Source: Macrostomum hystrix
Taxonomy: Eukaryota; Animalia; Platyhelminthes
Direction of reading: 5' to 3'
DNA: 64,000 nucleotides
NCBI GenBank assembly: GCA_950097015.1
Contig: CATNEN010000039.1
Coordinates: 6,696,001 to 6,760,000 of the forward strand
A program made the position numbers and the translations under genes. Under the pieces are notes generated by a model that saw only the letters and a program-made list of their open reading frames with translations, did no database searches and was not told the origin of the DNA. Positions 50,501 to 62,461 of this stretch are shown here, in pieces. Numbering within the stretch: the stretch's first letter is position 1; each line of letters starts with the position of its first letter.

Positions 50501-53500
50501 TCAACAGATTCCATCTCACACATGCGGCTAGTAGTTAAGGTTAGAAAATCAGCAGTCAATGCTGATCGTTAGCTAGAATTAGGCCTCAAGAACCGAGGAG
50601 CCTTTCCTCACCACAACGCTATGTACGCTCTCATTGTCACTGCTGGCTGCTCCGTCGGCTGCCAGCTGACAGTCCGGCGGCGCGTCGAGTTGAGAAGCCA
50701 TTTCTCTGACCACTTGGGCAGAGGTCGGCCGCTTTTCACGGGCTCGATTGCGACTGCGGTATTCGGACTCGGCTACGCCTTGGATTCGCTAGCGATTGGG
50801 TCGAGTTGGCTGGGGCTGTGACTTCAGTGCAACAGCATGATTGGACTGGCCTTGGAGGTGGGGTAGGTGAGGACGTGGGTGGGTGAGGAGGTGGGGTGGG
50901 TGAGGAGGTGGGGTGGGTGAGGAGGTGGGGTGGGTGAGGAGGTGGGGTGGGTGAGGAGGTGGGGTGGGTGAGAAGGTGGGGTGGGTGAGGAGGTGGGGTG
51001 GGTGAGGAGGTGGGGTGGGTAAGTAGGTGGGTGGTTGAGGAGGTGGAGTTGGTAAGGAGACTCTAATTTCACATTGATCAAAGCCAATTGTGCTACGATA
51101 ATAGCAGAGGAAATGGAGAACAACACACAATGCCATCAGATTTTCCTTCGACGGTGTCACAGAAGCCCTGCGGCTCACCTCGAAGCAGACTTCCTCAACT
51201 ACCGAGCCGGCCGGGCTGGCCTTTGCTGACGGCGGCTTCTTCTGCGTCATCGGCTCCTGATTGGCCTGTCGCTGACGCCGCGGTATCACCGGAGTCTCCG
51301 ATGTTGACTTCGGCTGCTGCTCAGTCAGCGAGGCGGCACTGCCGTACGCCCGCTGGGCCAGCTGCTCCTCGAGCTGCCGTATTCGAGCCGACCGAATCTC
51401 CAGCAGCCGGTTCAGCTCCTCGATCCGAGCCTCGTACTCCTCGCGCACCTCCTGAAGTCGGTGCTCAGTCAGGCTGTGGCCTGCCTTGGTGTCAGTTGAC
51501 AGCAGCTGCTGGGCCTTCAACAGTTCGCGCGTTTTCGACAGTTCAGCGACGACGTCAGCGTGAGCCACTTGCAGCTCCAGGAGCCGGCGCTGAGCCTGAC
51601 TGTCCGCGCTGCCTCCGCCGGGTGTCACCGAAGACTTGAGGAAGATTAAATCACTGGGCTGAAGCTCCGCCGACTCCTGTTGGCGACGAACCAGCGACAG
51701 CGCGGCCTGGAACTCGTCATCGCTGATGCCACGCTTCTGGATGGTTGGAATGGGAACTGTGTTCTATGGCTGAGAGTCTTCTAGGTGGGTACTGCCATAG
51801 ACTATGGCTTGTGCGTGAGCTTGTGATCAGAAGCGTCTCAGGCTTATGATTTATGAACTCCAGCATCTCATTGCTATGATCCTATTGTAGTGAGTCCGTT
51901 AGTTACTAGGCTTAGTATCTAGTTCCTACTCCTTTGACTAGCTAGTTCTCGTTGCTATCGCCGCTATTTGGTATAGCTTAGTCCCTTTTCCTTTAGTTAG
52001 TTATTTAGTTGGTGTCCTAAGGGTGTAGTGAGAACTGTGGACGGTTTTTCCAAGGCAGTTTGGCGCAGCAACGGAAATTCCGCCTGCCTCAATCTTTCCA
52101 GCCAATGAGAGCGCTTGAAGGGCTCCAACCAATGACAGAGCAGGGCGGGGTACAAACCGTCTATAAATACGAGATACCCGACTGGAGAGCCCAAGGAATC
52201 AGGTGCTGATTTTCTTTATATTTGGCGAATATTGATACATGATGGTTACTGATGTTTTGTTATGCAATTGAGCTAACTATTAGACGAATATAGCGAAAGT
52301 AAGATGGTAAAGTACTTAAGGTGGAGCGAGTTAGTTTAAATGAATCACATTATTATCTATGATCAATATAGCTAGCCTCTTATGCATAGTTATCCCTTAG
52401 GCTCCTTAATGTATCCCAATGCTTCTCAACCCGAATGAGTAATTTTAAAGGCTTTCAGAGCTTGATCAAAGCTGCTCACCCTGTAGTCTATGGCAGAAAG
52501 TCTCTCCTGCAAAGCTTCGCACCTGAGCTGCAGCTCATAGTAGCGTACTCGCAGTGTGCTCAATTCGAGCTCCAAATCTGAGTCGCCGCCTGGCCCGGGC
52601 ACCGTTTTTAGACCGGCTGGGGTGCCAGCGACCGCACCACCGGCCTCCAGCTGCCGGATCTGCGCCATCAGGGCCATCTCGCGAAGGCGCCACTGACGCT
52701 CCTTCTGGGTATCGAAGGCGCTGTTGAACGGATTGTTCGGAAAGGAATTAGGAATAGATGTGGAACAAGATTAGGGATTAGGCGAAAGAGGATTTGGGAT
52801 AAGTTGGAATAGGATTCGGGATTAGGCGGAGGAGGATTTGGGATTAGGCGGAGGAGGATTTGGGATTAGGCGGAGGAGGATTCGGGATTAGGCGGAGGAG
52901 GATTCGGGATTAGGCGGAGGAGGATTCGGGATTAGGCGGAGGAGGATTTGGGATTAGGCGAAAGAGGATTTGGGATCAGGCGAAAGAGGATTTGGGATTA
53001 GGCGAACGAGGAATTGGAAATAGGCAGAAGAGGTTTTTCGATATGAGGAGGGGTTCAAGGATTAGGCGTGGGGGAGAATCGGGGATTGGAAGTGGTTGAG
53101 GATTTGGGATTACTGTGGGATAGGACTACGGATTCGGAATCAGAGAAGGCTTGGAGATTCTGCCCTGTCATTCTTAGCGCTAGCAGTCAATCACCTGCTA
53201 ATTAGTTTCTCGTTAGACTCTCTCAGAACCTGAGCCTCGGCCCTTGCGTCCTCCAGCGCGTGCTCCATCTGCAGCAGCCGCTTTTGAGTAGCCTGAGTCA
53301 AGGCGTCGCTGCCCATGGAGGCAGCGGCCTCCTGTTCTCTCAGACGGTCAGAGAGTCTCGCCTGCTCGCAACTCTGCATCAGGGCCGCATTGGCTGACTG
53401 CAGGTCCCGATTTCGTTCCTCCAGAGTATCGCAGCGCAGCTGCAGCTGGTCAATCATGGCGGCCTTCTCGCGCTGCTGACGCTGAAGGCGGACCCGCTCG

Positions 53501-55582
53501 AGATCCTCGTGCATGGACTGCATCTGGGCGCCGCCGGCCTGAAGGCGGGCCGTGTCGCGCTCCGAGTTCGCGTCCTGGCGTTGATCAAAGGACTTTGGAT
53601 CTTTAGATTTCTAAAGAGCTCGTCTCCCCATCAACAATTCAGTTTGCCTAGCAACCATTCAGTTTGCCTACCAACCATTCAGTCTGCCTAGCAACCATTC
53701 AGTTTGCCTAGCAACCATTCAGTTTGCCTAGGAACCATTCAGTTTGCCTAGCAACCATTCAGTTTGCCTACCAACCATTCAGTTTGCCTAGCAACCATTC
53801 AGTTTACCCAGCAACCATTCAGTTTGCCTACCAACCATTCAGTTTACCCAGCAACCATTCAGTTTGCCTACCAACCATTCAGTTAGCCTAGCAACCGCCA
53901 AAAAAACTGAGTAAAATTTCCGGATGTGATAAGAATCGTGCTCACCCTACGAGCCTCGGACAGTTCCATCTCCTTGAGGCTCAACAGTTCGCGCAGTGAT
54001 TCAATTTCCTGCCGATATCGTTGGCCTTCGCCGCCGCCTCCGCTGCCGCCGCCACCGAAACTAGACGACAAGTTTTGATTGTGTAGTCGCGAGTTCGAGC
54101 CTCCGCGATAGCTGCCTCGTCGCTTCGGCGATCCGGCGGCTGTCGAATGCCGCGCCGAACCCGTAGCGGCCGGCTGCGCCTGGGCTTTTATCAGCGCCGC
54201 CCGGCCCTGCAGCTGGGCGTTCTGCTTCTCCAGCTCAACCAGCCGCAACTCCAGTTTCACCACCTGGTCTGTGGCGCGAATCTCGGCCGCCCCGGCACCA
54301 GACTGGGACTGCAGGTGGCGCATCTGAAATTGTATTTCGAGTTAGCTAGTGGGTTGCAATCTGAGGTATCGGGTTTGCTATCTGAGGTATCGGGTTTGCT
54401 ATCTGGGGTAGTGGATTGCAATCTGAGGTAGTGGATTGCAATCTGGGGTAGCGGATTGCTATCTGAGGTAGTGGATTGCAATCTGGGGTAGCGGATTGCT
54501 ATCTGGGGTAGTGGATTGCAATCTGGGGTAGTGGATTGCAATCTGGGGTAGTGGATTGCAATCTGGGGTAGTGGATTGCAATCTGGGTAGTGGATTGCAA
54601 TGTGGGATTGTGGATTGCAATGTGGGGTAGTGGATTGCAATCTGGGGTAGTGGATTGCAATGTGGGATTGTGGATTGCAATGTGGGGTAGCGGATTGCTA
54701 TCTGGGGTAGCGGATTGCTATCTGGGGTAGTGGATTGCAATCTGGGGTAGTGGATTGCAATCTGGGGTAGTGGATTGCAATCTGGGGTAGTGGATTGCAA
54801 TCTGGGGTAGTGGATTGCAATCTGGGGTAGTGGATTGCAATGTGGGATTGTGGATTGCAATGTGGGGTAGCGGATTGCTATCTGGGGTAGCGGATTGCTA
54901 TCTGGGGTAGTGGATTGCAATCTGGGGTAGTGGATTGCTATCTGGGGTAGCGGATTGCTATCTGGGGTAGCGGATTGCTATCTGGGGTAGTGGATTGCAA
55001 TCTGGGGTAGTGGATTGCAATCTGGGGTAGTGGATTGCAATGTGGGATTGTGGATTGCAATGTGGGGTAGTGGATTGCAATCTGGGGTAGTGGATTGCAA
55101 TGTGGGATTGTGGATTGCAATGTGGGGTAGCGGATTGGCCGGGATTGCTATCTGGGGTAGTGGATTGCAATCTGGGGTAGTGGATTGCAATCTGGGGTAT
55201 GGATTGCAATCTGGGGTATGGATTGCAATCTGGGGTAGTGGATTGCAATCTGGGGTAGTGGATTGCAATCTGGGGTAGTGGATTGCAATCTGGGGTAGTG
55301 GATTGTGTTAACTGATTACGCAAACAGGTAAAGAATGTTATCGATATGTTAGCTAGAACCGACCTTTTCCTGCGTCTTTGTCAACACGAGCTTCAAATTC
55401 TTGTTTGTATCCTCATGCTCCCTAAGCTTCTCCTTCTGTTGGCTGTGGTCATGGTAGAGCGACAAGAATCTCTCCTGCAGCTCCTCGTTGGACCATTTCT
55501 GAACAATCGAACGGTCCAGTAGGCCGCTTTGCTCAGACGATCGAGTGCGGCTGCGCTTGATTGGTAAATGATCGGACTCCAT
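45431..55582 (-). CDS. RPGRIP1L: RPGRIP1L/MKS5 (fantom)-like transition-zone protein, ~1008 aa; exons 55582-55364, 54323-53946, 53610-53195, 52720-52480, 51736-51179, 50772-50612 (tentative), 48069-47924, 47608-47010, 45928-45727, 45537-45431
   Basis: Coiled-coil motifs EELQERFLSL, EKLISSAFD...QWRLRE..L..QI.QLE, ELQVAHADVVAELSKTRELL and RIRQLEEQL...AYG. C-terminal RID/C2 motifs ETPLSIRTP, YNF, LMFSVVCE and IGTLKV. Intron phases are consistent. Confidence 0.85.
45990..46760. repeat. Two related 20-bp minisatellites (gcatgacctaaaacactgca; gcttgacccaagacaccaca)
   Basis: RPGRIP1L intron 8. Confidence 0.95.
48200..50342. repeat. 20-bp CT-rich minisatellite (ctatttctctcatccctatt) with an internal ~0.9-kb duplication
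   Basis: RPGRIP1L intron 6; source of the spurious 804 and 766 aa ORFs. Confidence 0.97.
50855..51050. repeat. 17-bp G-rich minisatellite (gaggaggtggggtgggt)
   Basis: RPGRIP1L intron 5. Confidence 0.93.
52100..52170 (+). promoter_or_regulatory. CCAAT-CCAAT-GC box-TATA cluster (LTR-like), antisense within RPGRIP1L intron 4
   Basis: ccaat at 52102 and 52129, gggcgggg at 52143, tataaata at 52162. Confidence 0.45.
52770..53030. repeat. 22-bp minisatellite (ggattcgggattaggcggagga)
   Basis: RPGRIP1L intron 3. Confidence 0.9.
53638..53896. repeat. 20-bp minisatellite with an RFX X-box-like core (agtttgcctagcaaccattc), 13 units
   Basis: RPGRIP1L intron 2. Confidence 0.95.
54350..55305. repeat. 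20-bp minisatellite (ggggtagtggattgcaatct)
   Basis: Fills RPGRIP1L intron 1; contains the palindrome gattgcaatc. Confidence 0.96.
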
Positions 55583-57339
55583 GTGTCCGAGATGTGCATT
55601 TAGTTTTTAAACTAAAATAAAATAATAAAAACACTGTTTTGGTTTCTTTTGAAAAGTTTTCCAATATTGAATGGATTTATGAAAGTAACTTTATATAATA
55701 GTTTTATTTACTACACAGAACTATTGCTTACTAAAGCTTATAACAACATCTAGCACAAAATTATTTTTTTAAACACATTTATTTAATAAAGCAGTCTCAA
55801 AATACACAAACATAAAATTCAGCCTATTAAATTTTCTGTTTGCATTCCATATTCTATATTTTAGTTCAATTTGAACTATGCTTGTGTGTTAAACTAGAAA
55901 AGGCAAGCAGAAAAAGATTTTTGAAATGATAATTCTTAATACTGTAAAATTTAAAATACGTTTAATTCCTAAAATATTAATAAGCAGATGTGTGATGTTT
56001 CCTTGTGCAAAAGGACGCGAATGCTGGTAGATAATATAGATTCGATATACAAATCAATTTGCAAATGTTTGTGCGATTCAACTGAACCGAAAACGTTAAG
56101 GAAGCGAACTGTTTTTTGTAAACTTTGTTTTTGACAAATAAAATGTTTATAAACGACAAGTTGAATGCATGCAGGCACTCACAAAACCTTTAAGGTGATA
56201 AAGTTTGTCATTGTACAATATTATGGAAAAAGAATATTTCTTTAAGAAGTAATAAATTTTATAATCGTCAAGCTTATCATGTGCTACGCTTTTGATTTAT
56301 TTGTTAATGTCAAGCTTAATTATTGTGGGCATAACCTCGGAAAGCAGCTCGCAAAGCGTTTGATTAACCCAACAGTTCAGCATTACAATACTTCCAGCTG
56401 CTTTTGTAATTAAAACTCAATAGAAATACTCCTGATAAGCTGCACAAATTTTGCCTTTAATTTTTTGGCAACATTTGCATCGTAGATTAATATATGGCGT
56501 ACATTTTGGCATATCTATTGTTAATACCACAAAAACACAAATACATATTTACTGTAACCTATAACTTTTTTTCTAAATAATGTTGCTCCTTTATTTAGAA
56601 AAACTACTTTAGGCCACATTTCAGCCAGATTTCAGTTAAAAAATATTTTAACACATTTGCACGTTTAATTAAACACATCTGTTATCGGAACAGGCGGCAT
56701 AGTATTATCGCGAATTTATTCGATCATTAGCAACTTTTCATTCTTCTTCTGCAGTTGTATGGTAGAACTCATCGCAAAAAATAACCGAGGCAGGCGAAAA
56801 AGCAAAAAGAAAAAACTCCACTTTCACAAGGGCGCGCAAAAAACGCATCTAATTCTTCTAATCCGCTCTCTGCTCGATCGAAAATTTGGCCCACCAAGCA
56901 AAACACCGGCGAGCTTTTAGGCGGATTGTCAAATTTCAACTGACCGGCTTGCGATAGCAACAGCAATTAGAAATTTTATTGCCACCAATGTCGCTGATGA
57001 TTTCAGTAAGCGATTATCCTTCAACTAATCATTCTCGGTGCTTCCGGTGATTATATACACAGAATCCGATCACGCTGATCTGCAGTTCGGTTTGGAAAAA
57101 ATCTAGAATTTCAGCGGTCCAAAATAGCAAGTACACAGTACTGTTTGTATCTTAGTACACTGGAGAGTGGTGGATCTAAATTTTATTATAACAAAGTAAA
57201 TTATTTATACGACTGTGCCGAACTGATTTGCAAATGTGATATTAAAAATAGGACTTTAAATATATATATTCATATAGGCCGAAGATAAAATCAAAGCAAG
57301 AATAGACCTTAGTCCTAAAAGTCCTTAAATCACGGAAAG

Positions 57340-57508
57340 AACAGACAAAGCTGGAAACGCAGCAAGAATAAACAAAGCTGGAATCGCAGCGAGAATAGAC
57401 AGGCTAGAATCGCAGCGAGAATAGACAGGCTAGAATCGCAGCGAGAATAGACAAAGCTGGAATCGCAGCGAGAATAAACAAAGCTGGAATCGCAGCAAGA
57501 ATAGACAA
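57340..57508. repeat. 26/27-bp tandem repeat (gaatcgcagcgagaatagacaaagctg)
   Basis: ~6 units. Confidence 0.9.
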
Positions 57509-57778
57509 CGAATGTGCTATGTGCAATTCAAAGTAATTTTTTGTTGTCCGGACTGTGCGTCTATAATACAAGAATTCAATGAATGTGTCATTTCTTTGGC
57601 GTGAATCAAAGCGCGCTTAGTTAAAACCACATTTTCTTCATATGAAATTTGTCTATGGCCCCAGTTCTTATCAATGGAATTCTGAATTTCTCAGATATCG
57701 ACGCTTTTCAATGCGAATTAAGCAGAGAACTAGCTAATCGTGTCCGCCCTAACGGGTTCGTATTCAGCGAGTTGGCCT

Positions 57779-60613
57779 ATGAGTACAATGAGTCTGTGCA
57801 CTCTGACAAGTCTGCTCGAGGACACTAGCATGCCGTATGGTGCTAGCCAGTTAAACGAGCAGCATCCCAAGGTCCTGCCTGAGTCTGAGAAACTGGCGAA
57901 GACCCAAGAAGATAGACTCGATAGAAGCAGCAGCAGCAGCAGCAGCTACATTGGCGCTAGTTGGGAGATTTCGCGGCTGCACCGCGCCGAGGCGAACAAC
58001 AGCTCGATGGATTACGACAAAAACCTTTGCCCGGAGAGACCGGTGGTGAGATTCGCTAAGCAGTTCATTTGATTAGCTTATTATTTTAAGGATCAGTTAA
58101 CTGGTTGAGTGTGATTGATTGATTGACTGATCGATTGGTTGATTAATATAATTATTTGGTTTCTTTATTTATTGATTAATTGTTTAATTGATTTCATAAT
58201 TAACTTAAATATGGAAATGTTGATCGGCTAATTGACAGTTTGACATATGTATGCATGTATAAATAAATGAATGGATTGATATCTCGATAGATAGATATCT
58301 ATTGCTAGATTGATAGATTGATAGATAGATTTATTCTGAATTAGACTATGCCAGTGGGTTTATTTGCCATCGGCCTAATGTCTAATAAAGCAGCTGCTTG
58401 AGCTGATTCAGCAAGCACAGACTGGTCTGCTCATTACCTGTTAGCCTGGGGTTAACACGCGTGTCACAGTTAGCTCTATTTAGGCTCCATATTGGCCCCA
58501 CCTGGCCTATAGAGACTTAATGAGGCCGCGGACATCTGATCGAAGATGTCGAGCAAAGCAGAGCATGTCACCGCCCATCCCCGCTCCATTTCCTCCACAG
58601 CAGAACCTGTCAGGCTTTGGGGAGTGGGGGAGCCGGTGGGGAAGGATGCTGTCCCGTTTTTAATCCCCCCCCGGATCCGAAAGTCAGGTAAATCAGCGGA
58701 CTAGGTGATGACAGGCACAAGGCTGAATGTGTTTTCTTGTTTTATTCCCATCCACAGCAAAATGGGACTAAGGGAAGACATTTTTCCCTTCTCATCGCAT
58801 CAGTAAGCTCAGCGACGGTTCTTCCCCCACCACCCCAATATCCAGTGTCTAATCTGGGACCTTAGCCAGCCGTTTCAGGAGGCCCGGGTTGGCTGAGTCG
58901 TTTTCTTGCACTAATTAATCCTGTGCCTTTCTTTCCACTTCTCTCCAAGGGAGATGGAAAAAATGTAGAAGATCTGCTACCAAAAGAATCGGCCCCAATA
59001 AAACAAATCCGCCAGACTCGCGTAGAATCCGAAATTAATCCTTCATTTCATTCTTAAAGTCACAGATTTCTTCTTTTTATTATTTTCTTTCTATTTTCAT
59101 TAATTTGCGGCTCGCGAAGTACAAACTAGATTGAGATTTATTCACTCATATGACTGCACTGGGTTCCAGGAATCACGGGGCTGGCAAAGTCACGTGATCC
59201 AGCACTCCTATGGCTGCACTGGGTTCCAGGAATCACGGGGCTGGCAAAGTCACGTGATCCAGCACTCATATGACTGCACTGGGTTCAAAGAATCACGGGG
59301 CTGGCAAAGTCACGTGATCCAGCACTCATATGACTGCACTGGGTTCCAGGAATCACGGGGCTGTCAAAGTCACGTGATCCAGCACTCTTATGACTGCACT
59401 GGGTTCCAGGAATCACGGGGCTGGCAAAGTCACGTGATCCAGCACTCTTATGGCTGCACTGGGTTCGAAAACTGTAGTTCCCATAGAAAAAATCCTATCA
59501 AAGCTATTAAAGATTCCAAAAATCATTTGTCTAATCAATCAATCAACTTATCAATATATTTCTCCACTGACTAAAAACTAATAAATTAATCAATTGGTTT
59601 GTAATTTAATTCCCACCCGATCAAGCCTCACTGCGCCATTGGCGATCAAAACGACGTGAATCTGCGAACCGAATATCGGACCCAGATGCAGCCGGACAGG
59701 TTCAAATGCGTGACGCTGAATTTTCGAATAATGCGACGAGACGCAGAGACGCACGCCGGCACGCTAGTCAATATGTGCGGCATCAAGCGCAGCGCATTGT
59801 ACAAGCCGGTGATCTTGAATAGGTGGACCAGAACACTGCGAGTCAAGATCAAAGCTACCACCAAGATTGCTGTGGGCTTCCGTTGCATCGAAGCCAGGCT
59901 GGGCCTTCAAAGCACTATTGGTCTGAAGTACTGCCTTGATGGATTCTATGGCGTTGAAGACTACGGAGATGCGTTTGGCAACTATGGACCAGGTGGCTGC
60001 GCTGGGCACTGCGGGCAGGAGGTGGCGGCAGCTACTGGGGGAGGTGGGAGCTGAAGGAGGTGGTGGCAGCTGAAGGAGGAGGTGGTGGCAGCTGCTGGAG
60101 GAGGTGGTGGCAGCTACTGGAGGAGGTGGTGGCAGCTACTGGAGGAGGTGGTGGCAACTGCTGGAGGAGGTGGTGGCAGCTGCTGGAGGAGGTGGTGGCA
60201 GCTGCTGGAGGAGGTGGTGGCAGCTGAAGGAGGAGGTGGTGGCAGCAGGTACTAGAGTAGGTAGTAGCTGGTACTGCTGGCGGGTACAACATACTTTATA
60301 TTATTCATTTTAGCCTTTCATTCCATGCCAAGGTATCTGCCCCTGGATGGAGGTGACGGGAGACGCCTCGCCGCTCAGCCTGAAGCTGGAGGACGGGGAC
60401 AATGTTTTCATGAGCGTAGCGACTGAGCAGACGGTGAAGCTGGTTCGCATGCGCATTCACCAAGCCTCTCACTTTTTAAAAAGTCCTGATCAGGGTCGGT
60501 ATGAGACGATGTACAAATCCCTTGAAGTCTTTCACGACCAAAATGAGCCTGGCGTTGATGAGGAAATCAGGAGGAACTCGTTCGCGGAGGATGGATTCCG
60601 CCTGGAGCTGTAG
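57779..60613 (+). CDS. Hypothetical protein, ~304 aa; exons 57779-58045, 59626-59992, 60333-60613
   Basis: Three GC-rich open segments joined in frame by GTG|gtgaga..tcaag|CCT and CCAG|gtggct..ccaag|GT (267+367+281 = 915 nt). AATAAA at ~60806. No family recognised. Confidence 0.65.
59143..59466. repeat. 60-bp tandem repeat (5.4 units), each with gtcacgtgat
   Basis: Exact 60-bp period, in intron 1 of the orphan gene. Confidence 0.96.
60017..60247. repeat. ~22-bp G-rich minisatellite (ggaggaggtggtggcagctgct)
   Basis: Intron 2 of the orphan gene, next to the donor. Confidence 0.9.
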
Positions 60614-61174
60614 GCTTCATCATTATAGAAGGTAATGAGCTGTGCGCTCAGCTTTTCCCATACCTAACTTACCTAATTTAAACAGACATTTTCATTTTTA
60701 ACCAATCTTTTTATCAGTAATAGGGCGGTAATAACTGCACAAACCACCTGCATTACATTCCTAAACTACCTACCATAACATTGCGTAACTTAATAGTACG
60801 AGTTGAATAAAAGGCTGCCACTAAAGTAAAAGGAACGCTAGTAGCAGCTACTGTTTATTTTTGCTTGTCAATTTTAAGCAAAATCTTATTTTGAGTTCTA
60901 CACTGTTAAGTTATTGCCAAGCTTTCAACTGAGTACTTTTAAAGCTCGAATTATACTGAGTCAATGCTTTATTTTCCTACTCAGACCTCTGAGCCTGTTT
61001 TAGCACTTTAAGGGCGTAATAAGCCTCACTGCTGAATTCTTCTGTATATTTCTGTGTACTTTTATCATGTTTGAGAAAGAATTGGCAAGGTCAAAGTCAC
61101 CGTCCCAGAGGAACTAGATGCAACTGGGACAAGTTTTTCAATAGTCTGAATTATCTACTGTTCGAGGTATGGCG

Positions 61175-61752
61175 TTTCAATTAATCGATCAATTAGAGAA
61201 TGGGATTTCAATTATTCGATCAGCCAGAGAATGGGATTTCAATAATTTGATCAATTAGAGAATGGGATTTCAATAAATCGATCAATTAGAGTATGGGATT
61301 TCAATTAATCGATCAGCCAGAGAATGGGATTTCAATAATTTGATCAATTAGAGAATGGGATTTCAATTAATCTATCAATTAGAGAATGGGATTTCAATTA
61401 ATCTATCAATTAGAGTATGGGATTTCAATTAATCTATCAATTAGAGTATGGGATTTCAATTAATCTATCAATTAGAGTATGGGATTTCAATTAATCTATC
61501 AATTAGAGAATGGGATTTCAATTAATCTATCAATTAGAGTATGGGATTTCAATTAATCTATCAATTAGAGAATGAGATTTCAATTATTCGATCAGCCAGA
61601 GAATGGGATTTCAATTTATCTATCAATTAGAGAATGAGATTTCAATTAATCTATCAATTAGAGAATGAGATTTCAATTAATCTATCAATTAGAGAATGAG
61701 ATTTCAATTATTCGATCAGCCAGAGAATGGGATTTCAATTATTCGATCAGCC
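61175..61752. repeat. 31-bp minisatellite (ttcaattaatctatcaattagagaatgggat)
   Basis: Direct inspection. Confidence 0.95.
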
Positions 61753-62461
61753 AAAGTCCAAGGTCGTTACTGTTCTTTCGGGCGTTTCGTGTGTTTCATA
61801 ACTTTCGCTAAAAAATCTAGTTTCGTACCCCCTGCGTAAGCCCTGTGATGAGCCGCTACTCAAACTTAAGGAAGAAAGCGATGGTTCTTCCCGGCCCGGG
61901 CTTAATAGAAGTGGACCCTTAACTAAAATCACCACCTAGGAATCCCCTTCGCAGATTGCCCCGACTTGGCGGTTGGGGTAGGTTGCAGTCGGGCAGACAA
62001 GTTTCGTTGAGTGCAGAACAGATCCGCTGCGGAGCTGCGGCTAAGAAACTTTGAGAGAAAAACAGGGCCGGTTGAGAGAGACAGTGGAGGATGAAGGGGA
62101 GGAAGATGGTTGGGGTGGCGCGGAGAGCGTAGCAAGAACTCATCCTTGGGGACACCGAAGTGCCTTCTAAAGCCGAAATTGGATTAAGCCCAAGTGGTTC
62201 CTTCTCGTTCAGAGCTCTCCCGAACTCTTGTGAGAGGGGTTGCTATGCTATTGCTATGCGGTTCTTGAAGCAACAACAACTGCTGTCACAGAATCAAACG
62301 GCAGGCGAGTGGATAAGCTCATAGCCCAAAGCAAATCCATCTGAGGTCTGACCTGTTTTTCGTCTGGCGCAATAAAAATTGCTATTTCTTGTTTCTATTT
62401 TTAGAATCTGACTGGCCTTGACTCATGCGCCTGGTGCGTGAAATGTTTCTTAGAACGGCGA

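Noticed and set aside
50612-50788. Alternative RPGRIP1L exon 6 frame (RIQGVAESEY...)
   Set aside because: It ends in phase 0 and hits a stop in exon 7; the 50772 acceptor preserves the frame.
59143-59466. CRISPR-like regular repeat
   Set aside because: Pure tandem units with no unique spacers, no cas genes, and a eukaryotic context.
61755-62460. GC-richer stretch with short ORFs
   Set aside because: No consistent exon structure or recognisable domain; it may be a TE fragment but this cannot be supported.
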